Shown in pieces: positions 38,104-46,818 of a stretch of 64,000 nt of DNA. Made by a program: the position numbers and the translations under genes. The notes below the pieces were generated by a model, which was not told the origin of the DNA, searched no databases, and saw only the letters and a program-made list of their open reading frames with translations. This stretch comes from Thermofilaceae archaeon (GTDB taxonomy: Archaea; Thermoproteota; Thermoprotei; Thermofilales; Thermofilaceae), in NCBI GenBank assembly GCA_038727095.1, contig JAVYWK010000003.1:36795-100794 (forward strand), given 5' to 3'. Each line of letters opens with the position of its first letter. Within the stretch, counting starts at the first letter, position 1.

Positions 38104-38201
38104 TGGTAGCCCGGCGGGGATTCGAACCCCGGTCCTCGGGGGCGTGCTCGCCGCGTCTTCCGGCTCAGAGCCCCGCATGCTTACCGCTACACCACCGGGC
38201 T
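38104..38201 (-). tRNA. tRNA-Gln(CTG) with a 22-nt intron (38144-38165), CCA encoded
   Basis: AGCCCGG/CCGGGCT acceptor stem, GTTCGAATC T-loop, CGGGG/CCCCG anticodon stem; BHB helix GCTC/GAGC. Confidence 0.93.
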
Positions 38202-38263
38202 TCGCTTCTCCTTCTGAGCCGGCCTTTTAACCTTTATCCAGCTTGGCGACGGATATTTTCCCA

Positions 38264-38375
38264 TAATGTCCAGGACATTAATGAACAGCGTAGGCAGAAT
38301 GCCTATGACATGCCAATGCATGCAGTTGACATTATTACTTCAGGGATTCATCCGAATGTTCTAATGTCCAGGACA
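38264..38375. promoter_or_regulatory. Repeated palindromic site TAATGTCCAGGACA(TTA) in an AT-rich intergenic tract
   Basis: Perfect 8-1-8 palindrome 38264-80; 14-bp copy at 38362-75. Confidence 0.55.
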
Positions 38376-38498
38376 GGCAAGCTACGGGAGCTCTGGAAGA
38401 GCGGGGGAGGGCGTCAGCCTCGCGTCAGCCTCGGGTTCCTCTTCACGGTTCAGCTATGCGAGGCTTCATCAACGCGCTTCCTGCATTTTCTCCCGCTT

Positions 38499-39287
38499 TT
38501 ATCCCTCTCTTGAAGCTGCTCTCCGGATGCGCTCCATCACCTCGGGGGGTAGCGCCTCATCCTCAATCCTGCGCGCTAGGGGTCTGCGGAGGACTAGGCC
38601 CTGCCCGTCCACGATATCGAGCTCCCAGGCTCTGAGGTCGTGGGGCGTCTGCCGCATCTTCTCGATTATTAGGTATCGGCGTAGGACGCCATTGGCGATG
38701 GTTCTCTTAAAGTGGATGATTCCATCGGCGACATGCTCGATGCCCCACCCGAAGGCCGAGCCAGTCGTGATCGCGTACTGGCTGGTTGCGTATATCGTGA
38801 AGCCCCACCTGTTGAGCACGCGCTTCACCATGTAGCTCTGCTCCCTCGCTCTCACGGGAGCCCTAAGCCAGAAGGCGCTCATCGAGTCGATGATCAACCT
38901 TCTGCATCCCCTCCCCAGCGTCTTCTTGGCTGCGATCACTTTATCGAGCATCTCCTCGACCGTTACTTCACGGAGGCTCCACTCGTCCTCCTTCTCCCTC
39001 ATCAACGCGTCAATTATCACCAGCCTACCCTCCTTCAGCGCGGCCTGGTAGTCCATCTTGAACTGCGAAGCCTGCCTGACGATGCTCTCGCGGCTCTCCT
39101 CCGTCGTCACGTAGATGCAGCTCTCACCCTGCCTCAAACCGGCCCAAGCGAAGTGCAGGCAGGCGACGGTCTTACCCGTACCAGGCATCCCGACTAGAGC
39201 CGTGAGGAAGCCCTCCGGTACACCGCCTGAGAGCAGCTCGTCCAGCTTAGGGATGCCGGTTGACAGCCTCGTCACCATTCCACTCAT
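38499..39287 (-). CDS. KaiC-like single-domain ATPase (RecA superfamily)
   Basis: STGIPKLDELLSGG, GMPGTGKT, YVTTEES, IIDSMS, EHVADGII and IEKMRQT motifs. Confidence 0.93.
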   Translation of the reverse strand: MSGMVTRLSTGIPKLDELLSGGVPEGFLTALVGMPGTGKTVACLHFAWAGLRQGESCIYVTTEESRESIVRQASQFKMDYQAALKEGRLVIIDALMREKEDEWSLREVTVEEMLDKVIAAKKTLGRGCRRLIIDSMSAFWLRAPVRAREQSYMVKRVLNRWGFTIYATSQYAITTGSAFGWGIEHVADGIIHFKRTIANGVLRRYLIIEKMRQTPHDLRAWELDIVDGQGLVLRRPLARRIEDEALPPEVMERIRRAASREG

Positions 39288-39651
39288 CAGCCTCTTCCCC
39301 GCTTAAAAGCTCGCTGCTGCTCTTCAGCCCCCTAGCCCACTCGAGCGCGTAGAGAACCGCCGAGGCGATGCAGAGGACGGGGCCCCCAGCCACCGATACT
39401 TGGTGGACGGCGATCCTTAAAGCAAAGTAGGCGTAGACGGGCGACGTGGAGAGCAGAACAGCGGCCGCCAAGAGAGCCATGCTTTCCCTGCTCACGAGGG
39501 CCAGGACCGAGGCTGCGAGCCCAACGTAGTAGGTGACCGTGAAAAGGACGGGTATCTCGTAGACCTGGACGCTCTTCCCGCCGGCGCGGAACCAGGGTAC
39601 CGGGAGTGCTGCCAGCGCCAGCAGCAGCGCCGCAAGCTTAACCGTTCTCAT
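39247..39651 (-). CDS. Small multi-pass membrane protein
   Basis: About four hydrophobic segments; overlaps both neighbours. Confidence 0.65.
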   Translation of the reverse strand: MRTVKLAALLLALAALPVPWFRAGGKSVQVYEIPVLFTVTYYVGLAASVLALVSRESMALLAAAVLLSTSPVYAYFALRIAVHQVSVAGGPVLCIASAVLYALEWARGLKSSSELLSGEEADEWNGDEAVNRHP

Positions 39652-40054
39652 TCCTCCTCGCCTCCAAGTAGAGTCTAGCTACCCTATTGAACACTGAGAG
39701 AGGGCTCTGCGCCAATCTCTCGGCTGCAGCGCGCCCCAACCTGCTCCTAACGTGCTCGAGCACGTCCGAGACGAAGCCACTCAGGGATTCAGCGCTCTCC
39801 ACGCGACCGCTTAAGCGGAGGTATTCGGTGTAGAGCTGCAGGAACTCCGCGAGGCTTCTGGGAACGCTATCCTCCCGCTTTATCCCGGCAGCCCTGTACA
39901 CCTCCTCAGCGCCGCCGGGGAACAGCTTGTAGAGGGTCTTCGTAGAGATCCTCAACGTCCTAGCGACGTACCTCATGCTCGGCGGGCTACCCTCCCTAGC
40001 GTAGTACTCCTGCACGAGCTTTACAACGCGATCCCTCAGGCTCATCCAGCACAC
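39638..40054 (-). CDS. DsrC/TusE-like HTH domain protein lacking the conserved C-terminal cysteines
   Basis: LVQEYY...PPSMR...LYKLFPGG...AAG pattern. Confidence 0.6.
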   Translation of the reverse strand: MCWMSLRDRVVKLVQEYYAREGSPPSMRYVARTLRISTKTLYKLFPGGAEEVYRAAGIKREDSVPRSLAEFLQLYTEYLRLSGRVESAESLSGFVSDVLEHVRSRLGRAAAERLAQSPLSVFNRVARLYLEARRNENG

Positions 40055-40117
40055 CGGGGGCCTGTTTTACCGTGATGCCGGGCTTCCTCTTTAAAAAGGG
40101 TGAGGTCATAGAGGCTT

Positions 40118-41275
40118 GTGATGAGATTCACCTTTGAGCAGAGCGGTAAAATCGTCTTCGGCCGAGGCACCCTACCCGAGGTGGGGCGCTACGCGGCCTC
40201 GCTCGGCTCGCGCGCCCTCCTAGTAACGGGGAGGAGCTTCGCGGCTAGTAGCGGTCTACTTCAACGCCTTGTGGATTCCCTGAGGGAGGCCAACATGGAC
40301 GTCGTCGTCTTCCCCGAAGTAGAACCGAACCCCTCTCTCAAAACCGTCGAGCGGGGCGCGCGCTTAGCGGCGAGCAAGGGTGTGGATGTAGTGGTGGGCT
40401 TCGGGGGCGGAAGCCCTCTCGACGCGGCGAAGGCGATCGCGGCCGTCTTAGCGCTGGGGGGCGCACCCTCCGACCACCTATACCCCAAGGCTGTGGAGAA
40501 AGCTTTGCCAGTAGTGGCCCTTCCCACGACCACCGGGACCGGGAGCGAGGTGACCCAGTACTCGGTTCTTGTGGATCCGGATGCGAGGAAGAAGGTGGTG
40601 ATGCAGGGGCCCGCCCTAGTCCCGAGGGTGGCGATCCTGGACGCGGACGTGACCGATTACATGCCGGGGCGCCTCGTGGCCGGCACGGGGTTCGACGCGC
40701 TATCTCACGCGCTCGAGGCGTTCATCAGCAGGAGGGCTTCACCCCTCTCAAACCTCTTCGCGTTGGAGGCTGCCCGCATCATCCTCTCCAACCTCCCCTC
40801 AGCCGTTAAGGGGTCGCGTGAAGCCAGGGAGCTGATGCTGTACGCGAGTATGCTGGCCGGCGTAGCGATCAACCAAGCCGGCTCGACGCTAGCGCACGGG
40901 CTCGGTTACTACCTGACTGTGCACCACGACCTTCACCACGGCGTAGCCAATGCGCTTCTGCTTCCACACGTCCTCGCTTTCTACGCGGAAAGGGTTGGCA
41001 AAGTCGATGAGCTGGCCGCTTCGCTGAACTTCAGGAGCTGGGAGGAGCTGGTTGAGCGCGTCTGCAAGCTCGCGGACGAGGTGGGGATCCCCGACAGCGC
41101 TGCAAGCGTGGGGGTAACTGAGAGTGAGCTCGACCGCATGGCTGAGGAGGCGATGTTCTACCGGAGGAACATCGAGAATGGCCCGGTGATCCCCAGCCTC
41201 GATGAGATCAAGCGGATCTACGCGGAGTGCTACGAGGGTCGGAGAGCGCTCCTCAGACGGCTGGGGAGGGCCTAG
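40118..41275 (+). CDS. Iron-containing alcohol dehydrogenase
   Basis: GGGSPLDAAK, PTTTGTGSEVT, DALSHALE and HGLG...HHG motifs. Confidence 0.95.
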   Translation: MMRFTFEQSGKIVFGRGTLPEVGRYAASLGSRALLVTGRSFAASSGLLQRLVDSLREANMDVVVFPEVEPNPSLKTVERGARLAASKGVDVVVGFGGGSPLDAAKAIAAVLALGGAPSDHLYPKAVEKALPVVALPTTTGTGSEVTQYSVLVDPDARKKVVMQGPALVPRVAILDADVTDYMPGRLVAGTGFDALSHALEAFISRRASPLSNLFALEAARIILSNLPSAVKGSREARELMLYASMLAGVAINQAGSTLAHGLGYYLTVHHDLHHGVANALLLPHVLAFYAERVGKVDELAASLNFRSWEELVERVCKLADEVGIPDSAASVGVTESELDRMAEEAMFYRRNIENGPVIPSLDEIKRIYAECYEGRRALLRRLGRA

Positions 41276-42059
41276 AGCAAAGCTCCCTCAGCAGCTCGAC
41301 GGCCGAGAGAGCGGCTAGGTAGCTCGTCTTCGGGTTGCTGGGGTGGGGTACGTTCTCCACCCTAACGTAGAGGGTTCCGGCCTTCGACTTCACGAGTACC
41401 TCGTGCACATTGCGATCCGCTCTCGGATCGGCCACAACTCTGACTCGCACCGGAGCACGCGCGCACAGCGATAGGGCTGCAGCTACGTTCAGAGTCCTGG
41501 GGAAACGCTTGACCGCTTCCTCCGCTGTGCCCTCGAAGACCACGAGAGGCTCCTCTAAGCCCTCCAGCCTCATTCCTTTCTCCCTCGCGTAGGGTTCATC
41601 GGCGAGCTTGGTGGGGTGCTTGCGGCTCACGAGGAAGACCTCATCGATCCCGGCGATTGCCATCGCTTTCACCGCATCCAGTCCAGCGATAGCTCCCGCG
41701 GGGACGTGGACTCTGCCGCCGAAGTGCTCTAGGATTGGCTTGGCCTCCGGCCTTAGCAGCGCACCCACGCTCAGCACAACTAGCTCCTTACCTGCCTCGA
41801 GCAGCCGCCGCCCGTAGTGGAGCACGGCATCCTGGCTCGCCGCCTCCACGACCACCTGCGTTAAGGGGTCAGCGGCGATTTCTTCCACGCCCGCAGCGAT
41901 CTTGGGCCTCTGCCTCGTTAAGCTGCGAGCGAGGCCTTCCGCTCTCGCGCGATCGGCGTCCAACAGGTAGCGCAGCTCCGCGTTGACCAGCCCGGAATCG
42001 ATAGCCCTGGCGATCACGCCGCCTATCGCCCCGCACCCTATCAGGGAGACCCCCTTCAC
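41253..42059 (-). CDS. nadX: L-aspartate dehydrogenase
   Basis: IGCGAIG, VVEAAS, GAIAGLD and NPKTSYLA motifs; in the nad operon. Confidence 0.93.
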   Translation of the reverse strand: MKGVSLIGCGAIGGVIARAIDSGLVNAELRYLLDADRARAEGLARSLTRQRPKIAAGVEEIAADPLTQVVVEAASQDAVLHYGRRLLEAGKELVVLSVGALLRPEAKPILEHFGGRVHVPAGAIAGLDAVKAMAIAGIDEVFLVSRKHPTKLADEPYAREKGMRLEGLEEPLVVFEGTAEEAVKRFPRTLNVAAALSLCARAPVRVRVVADPRADRNVHEVLVKSKAGTLYVRVENVPHPSNPKTSYLAALSAVELLRELCSRPSPAV

Positions 42060-42913
42060 GGCTTGACCACCTCCACGACCTCGAGAGACATGTCAATCGC
42101 TTTCGCCGAGTGCGTAAGCCAGCCCATGCTGATCACGTCGGGCCCCGCCCTCGCGTACGCTGCAAGGTTTTCGAGGTTAATCCCTCCGGAGACCTCTACG
42201 ACAACTTTGCCCCTCAGCCCGGAGCGTTCGAGGAGCCTTATCGCCTCCTCCACCTCCCCTGGGGTGAAGTTGTCGAGCATGATGATGTCCGCACCGGCTC
42301 GAGCAGCCTCAAGCGCCTCCTCCGGGCTCGAGACCTCCACCTCGACCTTGGTGGTGAAGCTGGCAGCCCTCTTCGCAGCCCTCACAGCCGCCTCCACTGA
42401 GCCGAAGTACCTGAGGTGGTTGTCCTTGATCAAGATCATGTCGCTGAGAGAGAGCCTGTGGGGGTCGCCGCCGCCCGCTTCGACGGCTCTCTTCTCGAAG
42501 TAGCGGAGACCAGGGAGCGTCTTCCTCGTGGCAGCAACTCTTACGTTGGGGTTGACCGCCTTGGCTAGCCTCACGGCCTCCCGCGTCGCGGTGGCCACCC
42601 CGCAGGCGTGCGAGAGGATGTTGAGTACGAGCCTCTCCACCTGGAGCAGCTTCCTCAAGTCACCTTCGATCTCCAGCAGTGCGCTACCCTTCTGGAACTC
42701 GTCACCGCTCGCTACGTTGGCCCGCACGTTGAAGCCTAACCGCTTCAGGAAGCCGGCCACCTCTTCCACGCAGGCGGCTACGCCGCGCTCCTTCGCGGTA
42801 ACGACAGCCCTGCACTTGCAGCCCTCTGGAATGAGCCTAGCCGTGGCATCCCAGAACGGAATATCCTCAGCCAGCCACTCGAGCATCTTCTGGTGGATTA
42901 GCTCCTCGACCAT
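42056..42913 (-). CDS. nadC: Quinolinate phosphoribosyltransferase
   Basis: TRKTLPGLR, HRLSLSD, IKDNH, EVEV, MLDN and SGGI motifs. Confidence 0.97.
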   Translation of the reverse strand: MVEELIHQKMLEWLAEDIPFWDATARLIPEGCKCRAVVTAKERGVAACVEEVAGFLKRLGFNVRANVASGDEFQKGSALLEIEGDLRKLLQVERLVLNILSHACGVATATREAVRLAKAVNPNVRVAATRKTLPGLRYFEKRAVEAGGGDPHRLSLSDMILIKDNHLRYFGSVEAAVRAAKRAASFTTKVEVEVSSPEEALEAARAGADIIMLDNFTPGEVEEAIRLLERSGLRGKVVVEVSGGINLENLAAYARAGPDVISMGWLTHSAKAIDMSLEVVEVVKP

Positions 42914-43824
42914 GGTGGGGGCACCCCCAGCAGCTCGAACGTCCTACCTATAGCTTCTCGAGCCCGCCGAGCGACCTTCGCGTCAACTTTCACAACGCTT
43001 CTGCCGTTTACTAGGCTACTCAGGATGCTGCTCAGGGTTATCTTCTTCATTTCGACGCAGACCGCATAGCTGCTTGCGGGATGAGCTTTGAAACCCAGCT
43101 TCTCCAGCCGGTGGAGCAAACCCACTTCGGTTGCCACTACGTACTCCCTCGCTCCCAGCTCGGATGCCGCCCTAATCATCTGACTCGTGCTTCCGACAAA
43201 ATCGGCCAAGCGGCGAACCTCTCTGACGCACTCGGGGTGGGCCAGCACCTTTGCTGCCGGATACTTTTTCCTCGCGCCCTCAACTTCCTCCCGCGTAATG
43301 GCCAAGTGGACCGGGCAGTGCCCATCGCTCGGCACGGGTATCACCTCCTTCCCCGTCGCTTCAGCGACGTACTCCGCGAGGTGCCTGTCGGGGCCGAAGA
43401 GCACCCTATCCGCCTCAAGCTGGGAAACGAGCTTAACGGCGTTGGCACTCGTAATCACGTAGTCCGCTAAAGCCTTAACCTCCGCCCAACTGTTGACGTA
43501 GACGACAAAGGGGACTCCCGGGTACTTCTCCTTGTACTCTTTCGCGAGCTCTAAGGTCAGCATGGCGGCCATGGGGCACCTCGCCAGCCGCTCGGGGTGT
43601 AGTACCACCTTTCCGGGGTTTAGGATGGCAGCCTGCTCCGCCATGAAGTCGACGCCCGCGAACACGACGGTTTTCGCTTCAAGCTCTGCAGCTTTCAGGG
43701 AGAGCTCTAGGCTGTCGCCGACGAAGTCCGCTGCATCCTGAACCTCAGGGCGCTGGTAGTTGTGCGCCAGGAGCACGGCCTTCTTCTCGTCCATCAGCCT
43801 CCTGATCTCCTCGATCGAGACCAT
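42898..43824 (-). CDS. nadA: Quinolinate synthase
   Basis: LAHNYQ, GDSLEL, CPMA, YVNS, CPVH and HPEC motifs; start placed at MVSIEE. Confidence 0.96.
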   Translation of the reverse strand: MVSIEEIRRLMDEKKAVLLAHNYQRPEVQDAADFVGDSLELSLKAAELEAKTVVFAGVDFMAEQAAILNPGKVVLHPERLARCPMAAMLTLELAKEYKEKYPGVPFVVYVNSWAEVKALADYVITSANAVKLVSQLEADRVLFGPDRHLAEYVAEATGKEVIPVPSDGHCPVHLAITREEVEGARKKYPAAKVLAHPECVREVRRLADFVGSTSQMIRAASELGAREYVVATEVGLLHRLEKLGFKAHPASSYAVCVEMKKITLSSILSSLVNGRSVVKVDAKVARRAREAIGRTFELLGVPPPWSRS

Positions 43825-43890
43825 CGGAGCAAGCCCTTGCATTCGGCTTTTTAAGGGGGGTTTTACCGGCAAATATGTCAGGTACGACGG

Positions 43891-44880
43891 GTGGGGGGTG
43901 AACAAGGTTTGCCACTGAGAGTCTTCGTGGTGATTAACAGCCACTTTGAGGAAGTTGAGGAGGCGAGGAAGCTGCTAGCGCTCCACGGCTTGCACGAGGT
44001 CGACAGCGTTGGTGAGGCTGACCTGGTCATAGCCTTGGGCGATGACAGGTGCGTTCTCGACGCGGTCCAAGCGGTTGGCGAGAGGGACTTGCCGATCCTT
44101 GGCGTAAGCACGGGCGGGGCTGGCTACCTGACCTCCATTAGCGTGGAGGAGCTGGGCGCCGCTCTCGAGGCTGTCGTCCGCGGGGAGTATGAGCTGGCTA
44201 CGTACACCAAGCTGAAGGGTGTCGTTGACGGCTCTTTAGTTGTGTACGCGCTCAACGAGATCGCCGTGTTCCCCTCTAAAAGCGCAGCCCTCATGAGCTA
44301 CGAGCTCCTAATCGATGGAGATCCAGTCTGGAGCGATAGAGCCGATGGAGTGATCATAGCAACCCCTCTCGGCTCAACCGCCTACGCCCTCTCAGCTGGG
44401 GGAGCCATCGTGTTCGAGGGGGCTCGAGTCCTCGAAGTGGTTCCCGTGAATAGCGTCGATGTAGCGAAGCGCCCGCTGGTGATACCCGATACCTCGACCG
44501 TTGAACTTCGCAGCATTGCCAGTAAGTATCCATGCGAGATCGTCGCCGACGGAGGGAGTAGAGTTAGAGTGAAGGAAAGGGTTACGGTTGCGCGGGCTGA
44601 AACTGACGTCCGGATAGTGAGGCTCTTCTCAAAGCCGTCCGTTCGCGAAACCCTGAGGGAAAAGCTCGCGGAAACCCTCGACGTACCGCCCAGCGCGAAG
44701 TTCGTGCTGAAGATGCTGGAGCTTAAAGGGCCGATGAGTGCCCGTGAGCTCGCGGAAGAAACAATGCTACCAGAGAGAACTGTGAGAAGGGCACTATCGG
44801 AGCTGCAGAGGAGAGGGCTTATCAGGAGGATCGTGAATCTGAGGGACGCGCGGCAGTTCTTCTACGAGGCGTTAAGGTAG
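43891..44880 (+). CDS. NAD-kinase-family domain fused to a C-terminal winged HTH
   Basis: ALNE and DGVIIATPLGSTAYALSAGG present; GGDG replaced by GDDR; C-terminal PPSAKFVLKMLE...SARELAEET...RTVRRALSEL. Confidence 0.88.
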   Translation: MGGEQGLPLRVFVVINSHFEEVEEARKLLALHGLHEVDSVGEADLVIALGDDRCVLDAVQAVGERDLPILGVSTGGAGYLTSISVEELGAALEAVVRGEYELATYTKLKGVVDGSLVVYALNEIAVFPSKSAALMSYELLIDGDPVWSDRADGVIIATPLGSTAYALSAGGAIVFEGARVLEVVPVNSVDVAKRPLVIPDTSTVELRSIASKYPCEIVADGGSRVRVKERVTVARAETDVRIVRLFSKPSVRETLREKLAETLDVPPSAKFVLKMLELKGPMSARELAEETMLPERTVRRALSELQRRGLIRRIVNLRDARQFFYEALR

Positions 44881-44918
44881 CGGAGAGCTTTTAAGCCGTG
44901 GAGACCGTATTCTCACCG

Positions 44919-45046
44919 GCGGGGGTGCCCGAGCTAGGACAAAGGGGGCGGTCTACTGCGTAGGCCTAAACTTAAGGGCTTCGAACGGGTGCTAAGGTAT
45001 CCGCTGGCGTAGGCCTGCCCGGGTTCGAATCCCGGCCCCCGCACCA
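44919..45046 (+). tRNA. tRNA-Leu(TAA) with two introns (44952-44969 at 30/31; 44977-44998 at 37/38), CCA encoded
   Basis: GCGGGGG/CCCCCGC acceptor, long variable arm, GTTCGAATC; removing both introns gives GCGGA-CTTAAGA-TCCGC; both introns form BHB motifs. Confidence 0.9.
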
Positions 45047-45215
45047 CCCCATGCCCTCTCTTTCGCGCAGTGTCCTATCGCCATATCGCGCCACTACCCC
45101 GTTACGAGGTTCCAAGTTGGCGGAGCAACGGCTCCGGTGGATCACATATTGTGTGGTGGTGCATACCGTTGCCGCTTCCGGCTAACCTATAAGAGAGAGT
45201 ACGCGCCGTACCCGC

Positions 45216-45656
45216 GTGGGAACACCTGTAAGTCGATTAGTAGCGCTTCTTGAAAAGGTTAGGTGTAGGGTGGTCTGCGAGTGGAGCGAGTACGGCGTCC
45301 CGCCGCAGCTTCTTGAAACGTGGTCTGCTCACATCATCGAGGAGCTGGCGATCTCCTTGAAAGCCGCTACAGCAGCCGGCTGCGACTTAAGCAAGGTGCT
45401 GAAGCTTGTCCTAGCGCACGAGCTGGGCGGGGAGCTGCAGGAGCTGCAGGTGAACCTGGAATCCGGAGACCGTGAGGCTCTCCTGGTGAAGCTTTCCCAT
45501 GAGCTGGCTCGGGTTCTCGAAGCGAAAAGGTACTTGAGAATGGGGTTCAAGGTTGAAGAGGCGCTCGAGAGGCACGTACAGGAGGCTCTCAAGGCGGCAG
45601 CAAGCATCGCTGAAGATCGTTTAGCCCAACTGGTGCACGAGCTTCTCACCTCCTAG
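45216..45656 (+). CDS. Degenerate HD-domain-like helical protein
   Basis: ETWSAH...KVLKLVLAHEL resembles HD_3/YfbR ESVAEH...LxHD with D>E. Confidence 0.5.
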   Translation: MGTPVSRLVALLEKVRCRVVCEWSEYGVPPQLLETWSAHIIEELAISLKAATAAGCDLSKVLKLVLAHELGGELQELQVNLESGDREALLVKLSHELARVLEAKRYLRMGFKVEEALERHVQEALKAAASIAEDRLAQLVHELLTS

Positions 45657-45705
45657 CCAGCTTCAAAGGCAACCTTTAAGGGGGCGCGCGGATAGGGTAA
45701 ACGTA

Positions 45706-45918
45706 ATGAGGCTGAGTGAGGAGGAGCGGCGTTTCCTCAATTACCTGCATACGAAGGGGGGCAGCGCCTACCTCTTCGAGATTCGCCACGCCCTCAACAT
45801 CCCCCATACGTCCGCTTGGAGGATGGCGAGGAGATTGAACGAGTACGGCCTCATCACGATAGCGAAGGTTAGAAGCGGAAAGAGAGAGCTGCTTAAGATC
45901 CTGCTAAAGAGAAGGTAA
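45706..45918 (+). CDS. Small winged-HTH protein
   Basis: LSEEERRFL...EIRHALNIPHTSAWRMARRLNEYGLI. Confidence 0.8.
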   Translation: MRLSEEERRFLNYLHTKGGSAYLFEIRHALNIPHTSAWRMARRLNEYGLITIAKVRSGKRELLKILLKRR

Positions 45919-45966
45919 TGCCACCTCAAGCAAAAGGTATTTATTTAGCTGTCATAAGATAAACGC

Positions 45967-46338
45967 ATGCTTAGGGCGCCGTGTGAAGAGCTTGTAAGGT
46001 ACGTGCTACCAGCGCTGAGGGGCGCATTGGTAACCTTTATGTACGCGGAAAAGAGGATGAGACAGGTGGATATAGCGAGGCTTGTAGGCATTAGCCAGAG
46101 CGCTGTAAGCCGCTACATTAACATGGAGCGAGGGTTGTACAGGAGGATGGTCGATGAGCTGCCCGAGATGAGGAGCCTACTCGAGGGAGCGGTAACGAAG
46201 CTGGAGAAGGGGGAGAACCTCTCGATATGCGACCTATGTAGGGAGATGAGAGACAGGGGTCTCCTGGACAGAGCCATGGAGATCGTAAGAGGAGGGAAAT
46301 TAGGAGGGGCGGCGCTGAGCCAGCAGTTTGGCTGCTAG
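45967..46338 (+). CDS. HTH transcriptional regulator (COG2522-like)
   Basis: PCE...VLPALR, MRQVDIARLVGISQSAVSRY and CDLC motifs. Confidence 0.85.
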   Translation: MLRAPCEELVRYVLPALRGALVTFMYAEKRMRQVDIARLVGISQSAVSRYINMERGLYRRMVDELPEMRSLLEGAVTKLEKGENLSICDLCREMRDRGLLDRAMEIVRGGKLGGAALSQQFGC

Positions 46339-46818
46339 CTCCGCGTAAGTCTCCTTCACAATCTCAACAGCCCCGAGCTCAGAAAGTATCGATAGCACCT
46401 CGCTCTCGCTGTCCCCTTCCACCTCAACGAAGAAGCCCAACCCCTCGACCTCATCGAGAGCCACAGTAGCTCTGCCTAGCGCGTACGATTCCCGCCTCTT
46501 CCTCACCTTTACGGCCTCTCTGAACCCCAGCTGTTCAAGCAGGAGTTTAGCGGCCTGCGCATCGTCAAGCCCAACGGTAATCTCCAGCCTCGACTTCGCC
46601 AAGCTATGCGACCGTGGACCCTTGTAGGTGAGTTCAACCCTCCCCTCTGCCACGCGTAGCCTGAGAGCCTCGTCTACCTCGAGCATGCTGCGGCATGGAT
46701 GCTCGAAGTAGATGTCCTCCTGCGTTTCGATCCTAAGTAGGCGGGCGCCGAGCTTCGCCAGCTTTTCTCGCACGTTTTCCGGATCCGCTCTAGCCTTCAC
46801 TTCAATTTCTACTTCCAC
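46300..46818 (-). CDS. cyaB: CYTH-domain protein (class IV adenylate cyclase/triphosphate tunnel enzyme)
   Basis: EIEVK, QEDIYF, ALRLR, LTYKGP and DEVEGLGFFVEVE motifs. Confidence 0.9.
   Translation of the reverse strand: MEVEIEVKARADPENVREKLAKLGARLLRIETQEDIYFEHPCRSMLEVDEALRLRVAEGRVELTYKGPRSHSLAKSRLEITVGLDDAQAAKLLLEQLGFREAVKVRKRRESYALGRATVALDEVEGLGFFVEVEGDSESEVLSILSELGAVEIVKETYAELAAKLLAQRRPS

Noticed and set aside
38103-38513. 136-aa ORF
   Set aside because: Overlaps tRNA-Gln on the opposite strand and has no protein-like features
38104-45046. Integrated element bounded by the two tRNAs
   Set aside because: No integrase or duplicated tRNA fragment (att site); the contents are metabolic genes
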